Shown one piece after another: positions 18,873 through 27,172 of a DNA stretch of 58,347 nucleotides. The position numbers and the translations under genes are program-made. The DNA is from a virus (taxonomy: Duplodnaviria > Caudoviricetes), in the IMG/VR virus record IMGVR_UViG_3300009103_001673, positions 1-58,347 of that record; one strand, given 5' to 3'. The notes below the pieces were generated by a model. That model did not search any database and was not told the origin of the DNA. It saw only the letters and a list, made by a program, of their open reading frames with translations. The first letter of the stretch is position 1; each line of letters starts with the position of its first letter.

Positions 18873-19145
18873 ATGAAGAAGAAAAAGAACAAGACAAAAC
18901 TACCTAGAGATTGGAATGCAGTGAATGCTCATTTCAGAAATTCTGGTTTTATGAAGGACAGGAGAGAAGATCGTGGTGGAAGTAGGAATTCTGGGCGTGA
19001 GTTTATTGATGATTATTATCATGATAAAGAGATGGAAGATTGTGGAGATGATAGCATTGACGATAATTATATTTGTTGGGATGATAATTCTGATGATGAT
19101 GATTGCCAACGGGTTCAGAACCACAGCGGAGATAATGATCAATGA
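18873..19145 (+). CDS. Hypothetical protein, basic N-terminus / Asp-rich C-terminus
   Basis: ORF fills the gap and overlaps next gene by ATGA. Confidence 0.6.
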   Translation: MKKKKNKTKLPRDWNAVNAHFRNSGFMKDRREDRGGSRNSGREFIDDYYHDKEMEDCGDDSIDDNYICWDDNSDDDDCQRVQNHSGDNDQ

Positions 19146-19339
19146 AGGCTTCATACCATTCTCATTATTGTGATTTTTGTGGTGAATGTTCAGAAATAAT
19201 TTATCGTACTGTGGTGGACACGAATTATGATCGCGTGTTGGCACCCGCAAAATATGCATGTTTTGAATGTTCAGAAGATAAAGACATTCGTAGAGAATAT
19301 ATAACTGGAAAGCGAGATAAAACTGATGTTGTTGATTGA
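19142..19339 (+). CDS. Small zinc-finger protein
   Basis: CDFC...CFEC. Confidence 0.65.
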   Translation: MKASYHSHYCDFCGECSEIIYRTVVDTNYDRVLAPAKYACFECSEDKDIRREYITGKRDKTDVVD

Positions 19340-19667
19340 TGATTTATATGAAGACCTTGAATACATGGACAGTAGTTTGAATGAATTTGTCAAAGCAGAA
19401 ACGCCCACTCCGTTGGACATATTGATTGACAAAGAAAACAAAAGAGACTTGATTGATTCATTGAGTAGACTTTCACATCATGAACTGATTGTTGTACTCA
19501 TGATGAATTATGAAAATAGTGGTCTTTATCCCAATGCTCTTGTGCGTGATTTCTTTAAAAAGAAAAAGGGTTTGGATTTATCAAGACACGCAGTCGCGAA
19601 ACTTGAGAAGACTGGATTGACCAAGCTTAGAAGAGATTTGAAATTTAATCGGGGATGGGGCATGTAG
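19326..19667 (+). CDS. Stand-alone sigma-70 region 4 (HTH)-like protein
   Basis: TPLDIL..KE...LIDSLSRLSHHELIVVLM..Y...LSRHAVAKLEKTGLTKLRR matches sigma4 pattern. Confidence 0.65.
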   Translation: MLLIDDLYEDLEYMDSSLNEFVKAETPTPLDILIDKENKRDLIDSLSRLSHHELIVVLMMNYENSGLYPNALVRDFFKKKKGLDLSRHAVAKLEKTGLTKLRRDLKFNRGWGM

Positions 19668-19669
19668 AT

Positions 19670-19867
19670 ATGCCTACATATGAGTATTTTTGTGAAGAGT
19701 GTGCTCACACATTTGAAGTTGAACAGAAGATTACTGATGAGCCGTTAACAATTGCGCCGGATTGCGCGCAATCAACAGAAAAATGTTCGTTAAAGAAATT
19801 ATTGTTTGTTTCAGCAATAAAATTTAAGGGTGAAGGCTGGACACCCAAATATCACGAGAATAAATAG
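19670..19867 (+). CDS. FmdB-family zinc ribbon protein
   Basis: MPTYEYFCEECAHTFEVEQKITDEPL...FKGEGW. Confidence 0.85.
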   Translation: MPTYEYFCEECAHTFEVEQKITDEPLTIAPDCAQSTEKCSLKKLLFVSAIKFKGEGWTPKYHENK

Positions 19868-19869
19868 GA

Positions 19870-20073
19870 GTGTATGATATGGGAGCAATGAAGGAACTTG
19901 ATATTATTCTTCATAATATTGTAGATGAAGGTATTGAGTCCGGGTTTATAGGGAGTAATCTTAAAAGTTATGTCTATGATGAGGCAGTCAATACCTATAA
20001 ACTTTCTGGGTCTATAGTGAAGCCTTTTGTTGAGGCAAAGGTTGACCAACTTTCGGAGGAAATTTTTGAATGA
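19870..20073 (+). CDS. Hypothetical acidic protein
   Basis: ORF with AGGAG RBS and ATGA overlap with next gene. Confidence 0.6.
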   Translation: MYDMGAMKELDIILHNIVDEGIESGFIGSNLKSYVYDEAVNTYKLSGSIVKPFVEAKVDQLSEEIFE

Positions 20074-20264
20074 GCGGTCTTCGTGAACAAGTGAAAAAAG
20101 GTGAAATTGGTCTTGATGAGGCAATTGAAATTGCCAAAGACTATAACGAAAGTATTCGAGCATGGTTGATGCGTCGAAAGAAGGGAAACGTAAAGTCTTC
20201 GGTTGACAAAAAGAAACCCGGCAAAAAGAAAAAGCAATATAGAAAAAAGAAAAGAAGGAATTAA
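20070..20264 (+). CDS. Hypothetical Lys-rich protein
   Basis: GGAGG RBS; very basic C-terminus. Confidence 0.65.
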   Translation: MSGLREQVKKGEIGLDEAIEIAKDYNESIRAWLMRRKKGNVKSSVDKKKPGKKKKQYRKKKRRN

Positions 20265-20293
20265 TTGATGAAGCCGAGTGAGAATGAATAATC

Positions 20294-21055
20294 ATGAGAG
20301 TGTTAAGTATAGACTTAGATTATATTATGGGCCCAACAATTGAGCTTTATGCTGGGGCGTTTTTTAGAAATTATTATGACGATAATCCTGCAACAAGATG
20401 GAATTTACTGTTTAATAATACAGATTTTAAAGAAAATCATATTTATATAGACCAATCCAATTTGTTGTTTTGTTTTGATGTGTTTTTAAAGGCACTAAAG
20501 AATTGTGAAGCCGCTTCATTTGGATATGAGCATGATTCAATTCTTTATGGTATTCGGGATTTTTCAAATATTGATTTGATTAATATTGACCATCACGATG
20601 ATGTTTTTGCTGGCGACTACGATAATCAATATTCAACATATGATGCGGCATTAAAAAAAGAATATTTTGAGATTGTTAATAATAATAGAGTTCATGAAGG
20701 AAATTGGATTGCGTGGTTGGCAAGTCTTAAAAAAATAAATTCTTGTGTGTGGATTGGAAATGAAAATAGTGGAAACAAAGACAGAAATGTTCAAAATTCT
20801 AAAGTTGTTCCAAATTATTTAAATGTAGAAAAGGAAAATTACAAATTTGATGATTATGAATTTGATTACATTTTTGTTTGTTTGTCTCCACAATATATTC
20901 CTAAAAATCATTGGCATTATTTCAGTATGTTCATGAGTGCCTATAAGGAGTTTACAGGAAAAGATGTTAATCTTATCTCCAAAAAATTTCAAACAGAATT
21001 TCAGGGCGAAAAAATAACTAATGAGATAGAACAACTCAAAAGGAAGAATAATTAA
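20294..21055 (+). CDS. UPF0489-like (arginase/deacetylase fold) metallohydrolase
   Basis: LSIDLDY, NIDHHDD, EGNW, FVCLSPQYIP. Confidence 0.65.
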   Translation: MRVLSIDLDYIMGPTIELYAGAFFRNYYDDNPATRWNLLFNNTDFKENHIYIDQSNLLFCFDVFLKALKNCEAASFGYEHDSILYGIRDFSNIDLINIDHHDDVFAGDYDNQYSTYDAALKKEYFEIVNNNRVHEGNWIAWLASLKKINSCVWIGNENSGNKDRNVQNSKVVPNYLNVEKENYKFDDYEFDYIFVCLSPQYIPKNHWHYFSMFMSAYKEFTGKDVNLISKKFQTEFQGEKITNEIEQLKRKNN

Positions 21056-21394
21056 ATGCCGTGGTATGACTATCAATGTAGAAATTGTGAGCATGAGTTT
21101 ACAGAAGTTCTAAGGATGGATGACCGCAAAAAACCTACTCGTAGAAAATGCCCCGAATGTGGTCGCAAAATGGTAAAGATACTTCTTGGAACATTGGCAA
21201 TAGCGGATTCTGTTAATATTGGCAGAACAAAACCAGATAACGCTTATTCCGAAGTAGTTTCCAAGATTAATGAGACAAACAAAATTAAAGGCACACGATA
21301 CGAACTTCAAGATAGGTTAGAGAATCGTGAAAAATATGTGCAAAAACCATTAACAAAATATGAAATTAAAAAGAGAGTAAATGATGCGCTTTGA
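21056..21394 (+). CDS. FmdB-family zinc ribbon protein
   Basis: MPWYDYQCRNCEHEF...CPECG. Confidence 0.85.
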   Translation: MPWYDYQCRNCEHEFTEVLRMDDRKKPTRRKCPECGRKMVKILLGTLAIADSVNIGRTKPDNAYSEVVSKINETNKIKGTRYELQDRLENREKYVQKPLTKYEIKKRVNDAL

Positions 21395-22067
21395 ACATTC
21401 TCCTCCAATTGAATTAAATTATGAACCATTAAGTGTTACATATAATAATGGTTCTCGTTATTATGAAGTAGAGTCTGATGTTTTGCTTCCAAGTATGACT
21501 TCTGTGCTTTCCATACTTTCGCGAGATTCTATTGATAAGTGGAAAAAGAAAGTTGGTGAACAAAAAGCAGAAGCAGTTTCACGTAAAGCAAGGTTTCGTG
21601 GAAATGAAGTTCATACGATTTGTGAAAATTTTTTGAATAATGAAATTAATTATATCAATGGTGAGATGCCAGATTCCATTGAACTTTTTAATGTGTTGAA
21701 ACAACCGTTAATGAGGAGCCTTAACAAGATATATCATATAGAAGCTTCTTTGTATTCAAAAGAATTAGGTGTGGCTGGCCGAGCAGATTTAATTGGAGAG
21801 TGGGAAAACATTCCTGTTATTCTTGATTTTAAGACTTCTGGAAGACCAAAAAAAGAAGAATGGATTAGTAATTATTATATGCAGAGCGCGGGATATGCAA
21901 TGATGTATGAAGAAATGACCGGGATTAAGATTGAACACATGTTGATTCTTATTGCTGTTGCTGGTAATGTTCCACACATTCAAGCTTTTCCGGCACCAGT
22001 AAAAGATTGGGTTGAGCCTTTAAAAGAAACCATTAAGAGGTATAATGATGAAATTCAACATCCGTAA
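21381..22067 (+). CDS. PD-(D/E)XK exonuclease of T4-like phages
   Basis: PSMTSVLS, RGNEVH, AGRADLI, ILDFKTS, YYMQSAGYA. Confidence 0.9.
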   Translation: MMRFEHSPPIELNYEPLSVTYNNGSRYYEVESDVLLPSMTSVLSILSRDSIDKWKKKVGEQKAEAVSRKARFRGNEVHTICENFLNNEINYINGEMPDSIELFNVLKQPLMRSLNKIYHIEASLYSKELGVAGRADLIGEWENIPVILDFKTSGRPKKEEWISNYYMQSAGYAMMYEEMTGIKIEHMLILIAVAGNVPHIQAFPAPVKDWVEPLKETIKRYNDEIQHP

Positions 22068-22173
22068 TATAAATTGGAAAGATGGATTTTTTACACTTTG
22101 GAATGATCCGTTGGTTGTAACTATTTTGTTGGTTTTATTTCTTGATTTCATTTATGAGTCTTGTAGTGGTTGA
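22045..22173 (+). CDS. 42-aa single-TM membrane peptide (not in ORF track)
   Basis: MMKFNIRNINWKDGFFTLWNDPLVVTILLVLFLDFIYESCSG; AAGAGG RBS; stop overlaps TTG start of hydrolase. Confidence 0.55.
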   Translation: MMKFNIRNINWKDGFFTLWNDPLVVTILLVLFLDFIYESCSG

Positions 22174-22724
22174 ATGATATGGAAACTTATTTTAGATTTT
22201 TAATTTGTATTTTTGTTTTTTGTATGTTTGTGATTTTTGGTTTTTATGTTGGAAATGAATATGCAAAAATGACAAAGAAGCCAGATGCAGTTTATCATAC
22301 ACATATTCATCTTACTCCTCCTGTTCCTACAAGTAGTGACGAAATAGTCATAGATCAGCAAGATAAAGATTGTCTTGCTCGGAACATATATTTTGAAGCA
22401 GCAAATCAATCTGCGCTTGGCAAGTTGGCTGTTGGTTTGGTAGTGTTGAACAGGGTAAAAAGTTCTCGATATCCAGATACTATTTGTGGTGTGGTGAATC
22501 AGAAAAGTCAATTTTCCTGGGTGGATGATTCCAAATCAAATAAACCAAAGGATGATTGGGCCTGGAAGGAATCGGAAAGACTTTCTGATGAGTTGTTAAA
22601 GGGTAAGGGAGATTTTATTAGGTTTGACGATGTTATGCACTATCACGCAAACTATGTTAGTCCGAAGTGGTCAAAGACCATGAAAAGAGTAGCAAAGGTT
22701 GACCAGCATGTGTTTTATGAATAG
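22170..22724 (+). CDS. SleB-like cell wall hydrolase (Hydrolase_2) with N-terminal TM anchor
   Basis: CLARNIYFEA, VVLNRV, PDTICGVV.Q..QFSW, HYHANYVSPKW, HVFY. Confidence 0.92.
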   Translation: MNDMETYFRFLICIFVFCMFVIFGFYVGNEYAKMTKKPDAVYHTHIHLTPPVPTSSDEIVIDQQDKDCLARNIYFEAANQSALGKLAVGLVVLNRVKSSRYPDTICGVVNQKSQFSWVDDSKSNKPKDDWAWKESERLSDELLKGKGDFIRFDDVMHYHANYVSPKWSKTMKRVAKVDQHVFYE

Positions 22725-22738
22725 GAGTATTGATTGTG

Positions 22739-22960
22739 ATGAATAAAAAAGAAATGGCAAATACATTTTCATTAGAAATTGAAGAAATTGTACATAAGGA
22801 AAACCTTTCTTACATGGATGCAATTGTGTTTGCTGCAATTGCAAAGAATATTGAACCCGAAGTGGCAGCATCATTGTTGAACAATAACATCAAAGATAAA
22901 CTAGAAGCAGAGGCTCGTGATTTGAATTTCTTGCCTAAAATGTCTAAATTGCCTATTTGA
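22739..22960 (+). CDS. gp33: Late promoter transcription co-activator gp33
   Basis: FSLEIEEIV...YMDAIV...KDKLEAEARDLNFLP; adjacent to gp59/gp32. Confidence 0.88.
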   Translation: MNKKEMANTFSLEIEEIVHKENLSYMDAIVFAAIAKNIEPEVAASLLNNNIKDKLEAEARDLNFLPKMSKLPI

Positions 22961-22962
22961 AA

Positions 22963-23601
22963 ATGTCCGAAAAAACTGCATATGCGGCATATCAGGCGTT
23001 TCTTGCGTTGAAGCAGCATTTTTCAAAAGGAAAATATGATTACTTTCGGTACAATGGAAGAATAAGAAGTAACCTAAATAGATTTAGGGAACGAAAGGAT
23101 CGTTATTACTTTGAGAAGCTGACACGAAAGTACAGCGAAAGTGAGCTAATTAATTTTTTTGTATCTAATTTAATTATAAATCCAGATGTTTGGGTTGGTG
23201 AACTCTGTAGAGACAAAACGTGTGAAGAACGATACAAAGAATGGAAAAGAAAAAAAGAATCGTTGACATATGTTTTCCAAAGTGATATAATGACGATTAA
23301 AGATTTGGAAAGTGATTTTGATGAATTGTTTGTGTGTAAGCCGAATGAATATCCCAAGTTGATTGACTTGTATACCGAGGGTGCTATTTCATTGGAGACA
23401 CTTATTGGGTTTGACCTTGTTTTGGGTTGTTTTGGTCGTTGGAATCGAACAATTGGGGATGATATTATTTGGAAAGACCTGTATCATCTTTGTTTTTGTT
23501 ACAGACCATTTTTGAATTATGACGTAAAAACCGAAAGGAAGTTCAGAACCATTTTACAGAAGGAATTTCTTGGTGTTAAAAAAAATACTCAAGCAGATTA
23601 A
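22963..23601 (+). CDS. gp59: Helicase loader gp59
   Basis: ALKQHFS..YDYFRYNG, RKDRYYFEKL, ISLETL. Confidence 0.9.
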   Translation: MSEKTAYAAYQAFLALKQHFSKGKYDYFRYNGRIRSNLNRFRERKDRYYFEKLTRKYSESELINFFVSNLIINPDVWVGELCRDKTCEERYKEWKRKKESLTYVFQSDIMTIKDLESDFDELFVCKPNEYPKLIDLYTEGAISLETLIGFDLVLGCFGRWNRTIGDDIIWKDLYHLCFCYRPFLNYDVKTERKFRTILQKEFLGVKKNTQAD

Positions 23602-23875
23602 GTTGTTGATTTCGAGAAAAGTACGAGTAAAAGATTTACAGAAACAAATTCTTCAATTAGAAGAAGAAAATGCATCACTAAAAAATACAGTTGTTGATTC
23701 AATGAACATGGTCACTGCATACAAAGACAGCATGGTAGAAATGAAAAAATTTATGAATCATTTGGTTCAACTTGGAACAATGGAAATTAGTTCCAACAAT
23801 ATTGAAGAAAATGAAGAAGAAGAGGAGGAATTTGACAGATATGCATTATTGAGAAAAAAAACAACAATACATTAA
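23570..23875 (+). CDS. Hypothetical coiled-coil protein
   Basis: Heptad pattern, acidic tail; fills gap between gp59 and gp32. Confidence 0.6.
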   Translation: MVLKKILKQIKLLISRKVRVKDLQKQILQLEEENASLKNTVVDSMNMVTAYKDSMVEMKKFMNHLVQLGTMEISSNNIEENEEEEEEFDRYALLRKKTTIH

Positions 23876-23932
23876 AAAAAATACAATAATACGACAATAA
23901 ATTAATACAATAAATACGAGAGGTATTTTATT
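23864..23932 (+). promoter_or_regulatory. A-rich repeated leader of gene 32 (probable translational operator)
   Basis: ACAATA x4 (23864, 23883, 23894, 23907) in an unstructured leader before GAGAGG RBS. Confidence 0.55.
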
Positions 23933-24805
23933 ATGTCTACTAGTTCATTTAGTCAACTCAAGAAGTCGAGCGATTCAAGTCTCGACAATCTTACCAAGGA
24001 GCTTAATAAGCTCAACGATTCACAAAAAAGCAATGTTGGACAGGACGAACGGTTCTGGAAGCTGACAGTCGATAAGGCACAGAATGGTTCTGCGCTTATT
24101 CGGTTTCTTCCGACAACAAAAGGGGAAAGTGTCCCCTGGGTTCGTTTGTTTTCACATGGGTTCCAGGGCCCGGGTGGATGGTATATCGAAAAGTCTTTGA
24201 CTACCATCAACAAGAAAGATCCGGTTTCTGAGTATAACACCAAATTGTGGAACTCTGGCATTGATTCCGACAAGGAAGTGGCTCGGAAGCAGAAGCGCAA
24301 GCTACAGTATGTTTCAAACATCTATGTGGTGAGCGATCCGGGTAATCCTGATAATGAGGGCAAGGTTTTTCTTTTTCAGTACGGAAAGAAAATCTTTGAT
24401 ATGCTCAACGACAAGATGAGTCCCGAGTTTGAAGATGAGACTGCGGTGAATCCGTTCGATCTTTGGAACGGATGTAACTTCCGCCTTCGCGCACGAAAGG
24501 TTGCAGGCTATCGTAATTATGATAAGTCTGAATTTGATTCGCCGAAGCCTCTTTTGGGAGACGACGACGAATTGGAGCGGGTGTGGAATTCGCAGTATTC
24601 ACTTGAGGAACTTGTTGCCCCTGACCAGTTCAAGTCTTATGATGAATTGAAGACTCGTTTTGAAAAGGCAATTGGTATTTCTGATATTTTGACAGAAACA
24701 GTATTTTCGGATGAGGCTTCGTCTTCTGATCCTGAAGAGACTGCTTCAACTGATGAAGAAGATGAATCATTGAGTTACTTTAAAAAGCTTGCAGAAGAGG
24801 TTTAG
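23933..24805 (+). CDS. gp32: Single-stranded DNA binding protein gp32
   Basis: DERFWK, IRFLP, HGFQGPGGWYIE, NEGKVFLFQYGKKIFD, YRNYDKSEF, acidic tail. Confidence 0.97.
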   Translation: MSTSSFSQLKKSSDSSLDNLTKELNKLNDSQKSNVGQDERFWKLTVDKAQNGSALIRFLPTTKGESVPWVRLFSHGFQGPGGWYIEKSLTTINKKDPVSEYNTKLWNSGIDSDKEVARKQKRKLQYVSNIYVVSDPGNPDNEGKVFLFQYGKKIFDMLNDKMSPEFEDETAVNPFDLWNGCNFRLRARKVAGYRNYDKSEFDSPKPLLGDDDELERVWNSQYSLEELVAPDQFKSYDELKTRFEKAIGISDILTETVFSDEASSSDPEETASTDEEDESLSYFKKLAEEV

Positions 24806-24926
24806 TTTATGTGATTGGATCTTCCCTGTTGGGTTTTGTTCTATTTACCCATTAGCCGGTCCTCCATTTGGCTAATTAGTTATATTTCCCTATTGGTGTA
24901 GCTAATTAAGGGAATGGTCCCTCCTC

Positions 24927-24970
24927 CCCCCTATCCGTGGTTTTTGGCGTCCACGGGTAGGGGGTTTTTT
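24927..24970 (+). terminator. Intrinsic terminator after gp32
   Basis: 14-bp stem CCCCCTATCCGTGG/CCACGGGTAGGGGG followed by T6. Confidence 0.9.
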
Positions 24971-24974
24971 GTTT

Positions 24975-26957
24975 TTAGAGATTGGATGGTTGTGTCAATG
25001 ATGGGTCGGTGTTCATGTCAATGGGTATTGGAATTGCTTGCCCCCCGGTGGATGTTGAACTATTATCTTGTGGTGCGTTAATGGTTACTGGCCCTGCTTC
25101 TCCTGCTCCTGCACCCTTTTCAATTCCGGCAGTTTGTACTGCTGTTGCGGCTGCTGCACGAGAATCTGGGGCTGGTTGTATTTCGGTGCTACTTCGTCGG
25201 AGTTTTGATGATTGTCCCGCTGCCGTTGGCGGCCTATTCAACCCGGTAGGCTCATCAAAATCAAGCATTGCTGATGCATCGTCAGAAGACATTATCTCCA
25301 TTAATTCGCCTGTTGCTTTATCGCCTTTTTTCATTCCTATAATTTTTTCAATCTGATATTCGGCCATTCCCATTGCTTTCAGTTCATCATAACCATAACC
25401 AAAACTTTTAAGTTCATCTGCTCCATATTCTGAAGCTATATGCTTTACTGCATCATCCGTGTAGCCTCTTTTTATCTTTTCCCCACCGCCTATAGATCCT
25501 TTACCTTCTGGATCTTGCCATTGTTCCCGAGAGGCGCTGTCGGAATCTCCCAGCATTGCTGCGGCTTCTGCTTGGCGGCCTGTGTCAACTTCTTCGTCTC
25601 CACCAAAAAAATAGTCCATTAATTTTCCGCCGCCGGGAATTGCTGAGATAACATCTATAGCAAAGTCTTTGACTAAGGATGGGAGATTCATTAGAGAATC
25701 AAAAAGACTGCCAAGCCATCCAGTAATGGTATCTGCCATAGTTCTCCATATACCTGCAATATCAAATTCAAAACTATCAAGCGCAGCCGCTTCTTCATCA
25801 AGACCAACTGCACTCAATATCCACGACACAGCATCTTTAAGCATATTCAAGGGAACATCAATTAAACCATGAATCATTGATTCAAATCCACCTTTAATTC
25901 CTTCAACAATAGAACCAGTTTCTTTGTACTCATCTATAAATCCAGTGACAAAATCAAAGATAGCAAAAAGAGCAGTAACCGGAAAAAATAATTTCTTGAA
26001 AATATTCAGGAAGAATTTTCCACCTGTTTTAATCCAAGGTAATGCACTTTTTACTAATCTGGGGAGTGCCTTTGCCATAGTCATTAGACCAGTAAACACT
26101 GAACCCAATATACCAAAAAGGGATGTCATCCATTTTCCTTTGAAAAACTTTGTAATACCACCGAACATTTTACCCAAAGCACCGCCGCCTTCTTCATCAT
26201 CTTCCTCCGACATAGGAACGCCACCTGGCTCTGCCTTGACTACTCTTCCTGATTCTCGTCTTTCTTCAATTGCGCTCAATCTATCAGCAGCACTTTGTGC
26301 CATTGTTTCTTCGTGCATTATTCTTTCCATTGCTGCCTGATCGACCCATACCCCAAGAAGTTCTGTATTCAGGTTGATCAAACCCTCAGTATCAATTGCA
26401 ATGTGTGACAATAAATCTTTAATTACACCAGTATCAAATAACAAATCATCAAATATACTAGTCTGCTGAGAAATTTCTACTCCTGCTCCTTCTTCTTTTG
26501 ATACTTTTATTTCTTCTGAAGCACCTTCGCCTCCTTCCCCCTCTTCTCCCTCTTCGCCTCCTTCTCCACCTCCCGTCATCTTCCCCCAAAGATTCTTTAC
26601 ACCAGAAACTGCACTTCTGCCAGCGTCCATTGTCATGCCAGCAATCATATTCATGAGTGCATTGTTATCAAAACCAGTTGCAACCATACTTTCAGGATCT
26701 AATCCGGCTTCTTGCACTCTTCCGGCAACAGCCGACCCGGCAGCTTGAATTTTTCCGCCAACAGCCGTTGCTCCTTTTTGTGCAAGTGTTCCTGCTGCCT
26801 TAATATCTGCGGCAGCACCTTCGGCAATACCTTTTCCGACTTTTGTGGTAAGCCCAGCAATTCCCTTTGCAAAATCTGCCAGAGGATTTACGACAGCATT
26901 TGTCTGTTCGTCTGTGATTGGTGTTGGTGCTTGTGGATGAATTATTGGTGCTGACAT
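24975..26957 (-). CDS. Putative tail tape measure (gp29-like) protein
   Basis: 660 aa, helical Ala/Gly-rich with central amphipathic/hydrophobic repeats; directly downstream of gp26/gp51. Confidence 0.6.
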   Translation of the reverse strand: MSAPIIHPQAPTPITDEQTNAVVNPLADFAKGIAGLTTKVGKGIAEGAAADIKAAGTLAQKGATAVGGKIQAAGSAVAGRVQEAGLDPESMVATGFDNNALMNMIAGMTMDAGRSAVSGVKNLWGKMTGGGEGGEEGEEGEGGEGASEEIKVSKEEGAGVEISQQTSIFDDLLFDTGVIKDLLSHIAIDTEGLINLNTELLGVWVDQAAMERIMHEETMAQSAADRLSAIEERRESGRVVKAEPGGVPMSEEDDEEGGGALGKMFGGITKFFKGKWMTSLFGILGSVFTGLMTMAKALPRLVKSALPWIKTGGKFFLNIFKKLFFPVTALFAIFDFVTGFIDEYKETGSIVEGIKGGFESMIHGLIDVPLNMLKDAVSWILSAVGLDEEAAALDSFEFDIAGIWRTMADTITGWLGSLFDSLMNLPSLVKDFAIDVISAIPGGGKLMDYFFGGDEEVDTGRQAEAAAMLGDSDSASREQWQDPEGKGSIGGGEKIKRGYTDDAVKHIASEYGADELKSFGYGYDELKAMGMAEYQIEKIIGMKKGDKATGELMEIMSSDDASAMLDFDEPTGLNRPPTAAGQSSKLRRSSTEIQPAPDSRAAAATAVQTAGIEKGAGAGEAGPVTINAPQDNSSTSTGGQAIPIPIDMNTDPSLTQPSNL

Positions 26958-26959
26958 TT

Positions 26960-27157
26960 TTACTTATTCCTATTCCTTTCTTCCATCTTTTGTTTTTCTT
27001 TCTCTACATGGTCAATAACCAATGCCACATATAAATCTCTTTCCCAAGGAATCATCCCTTCAATATCTGCAAGGGTATAATTATGATACTGCATAAGTGA
27101 AAAATTTATTCGTATAGTTCCCTCCAACGAGTGGTCGGAGAGAATTAGCCGAAAAAA
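26960..27157 (-). CDS. gp51: gp51-like baseplate hub assembly protein; -1 frame relative to gp26 (not in ORF track)
   Basis: FFRLILSDHSLEGTIRINFSLMQYHNYTLADIEGMIPWERDLYVALVIDHVEKEKQKMEERNRNK; NF.LMQ.H.Y...IE.MIPWER motif; first ATG only at 27094. Confidence 0.85.
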   Translation of the reverse strand, partial: FFRLILSDHSLEGTIRINFSLMQYHNYTLADIEGMIPWERDLYVALVIDHVEKEKQKMEERNRNK

Positions 27158-27172
27158 CTTGCCAATCCCTCC
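27118..27172 (-). promoter_or_regulatory. Programmed -1 ribosomal frameshift signal
   Basis: mRNA: GGAGG - 10 nt - U UUU UUC - 6 nt - 11-bp hairpin. Confidence 0.8.

Noticed and set aside
18973-19173. Hydrophobic Met/Ile-rich ORF as a separate membrane gene
   Set aside because: Expected frame shadow of GAT (Asp) runs in the overlapping ORF; cannot be fully excluded
21381-22067. Cas4 / CRISPR system
   Set aside because: No Fe-S cysteines, no repeat-spacer array or other cas genes seen; ordinary T4-like exonuclease
23933-24805. gp32 lacking the T4 zinc-binding cysteines
   Set aside because: Known normal state for aquatic T4-like gp32 proteins
24806-24970. Minus-strand CsrA-sponge RNA (GGA repeats)
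   Set aside because: Stems rely on G-U pairs and a U-tract that work only on the plus strand
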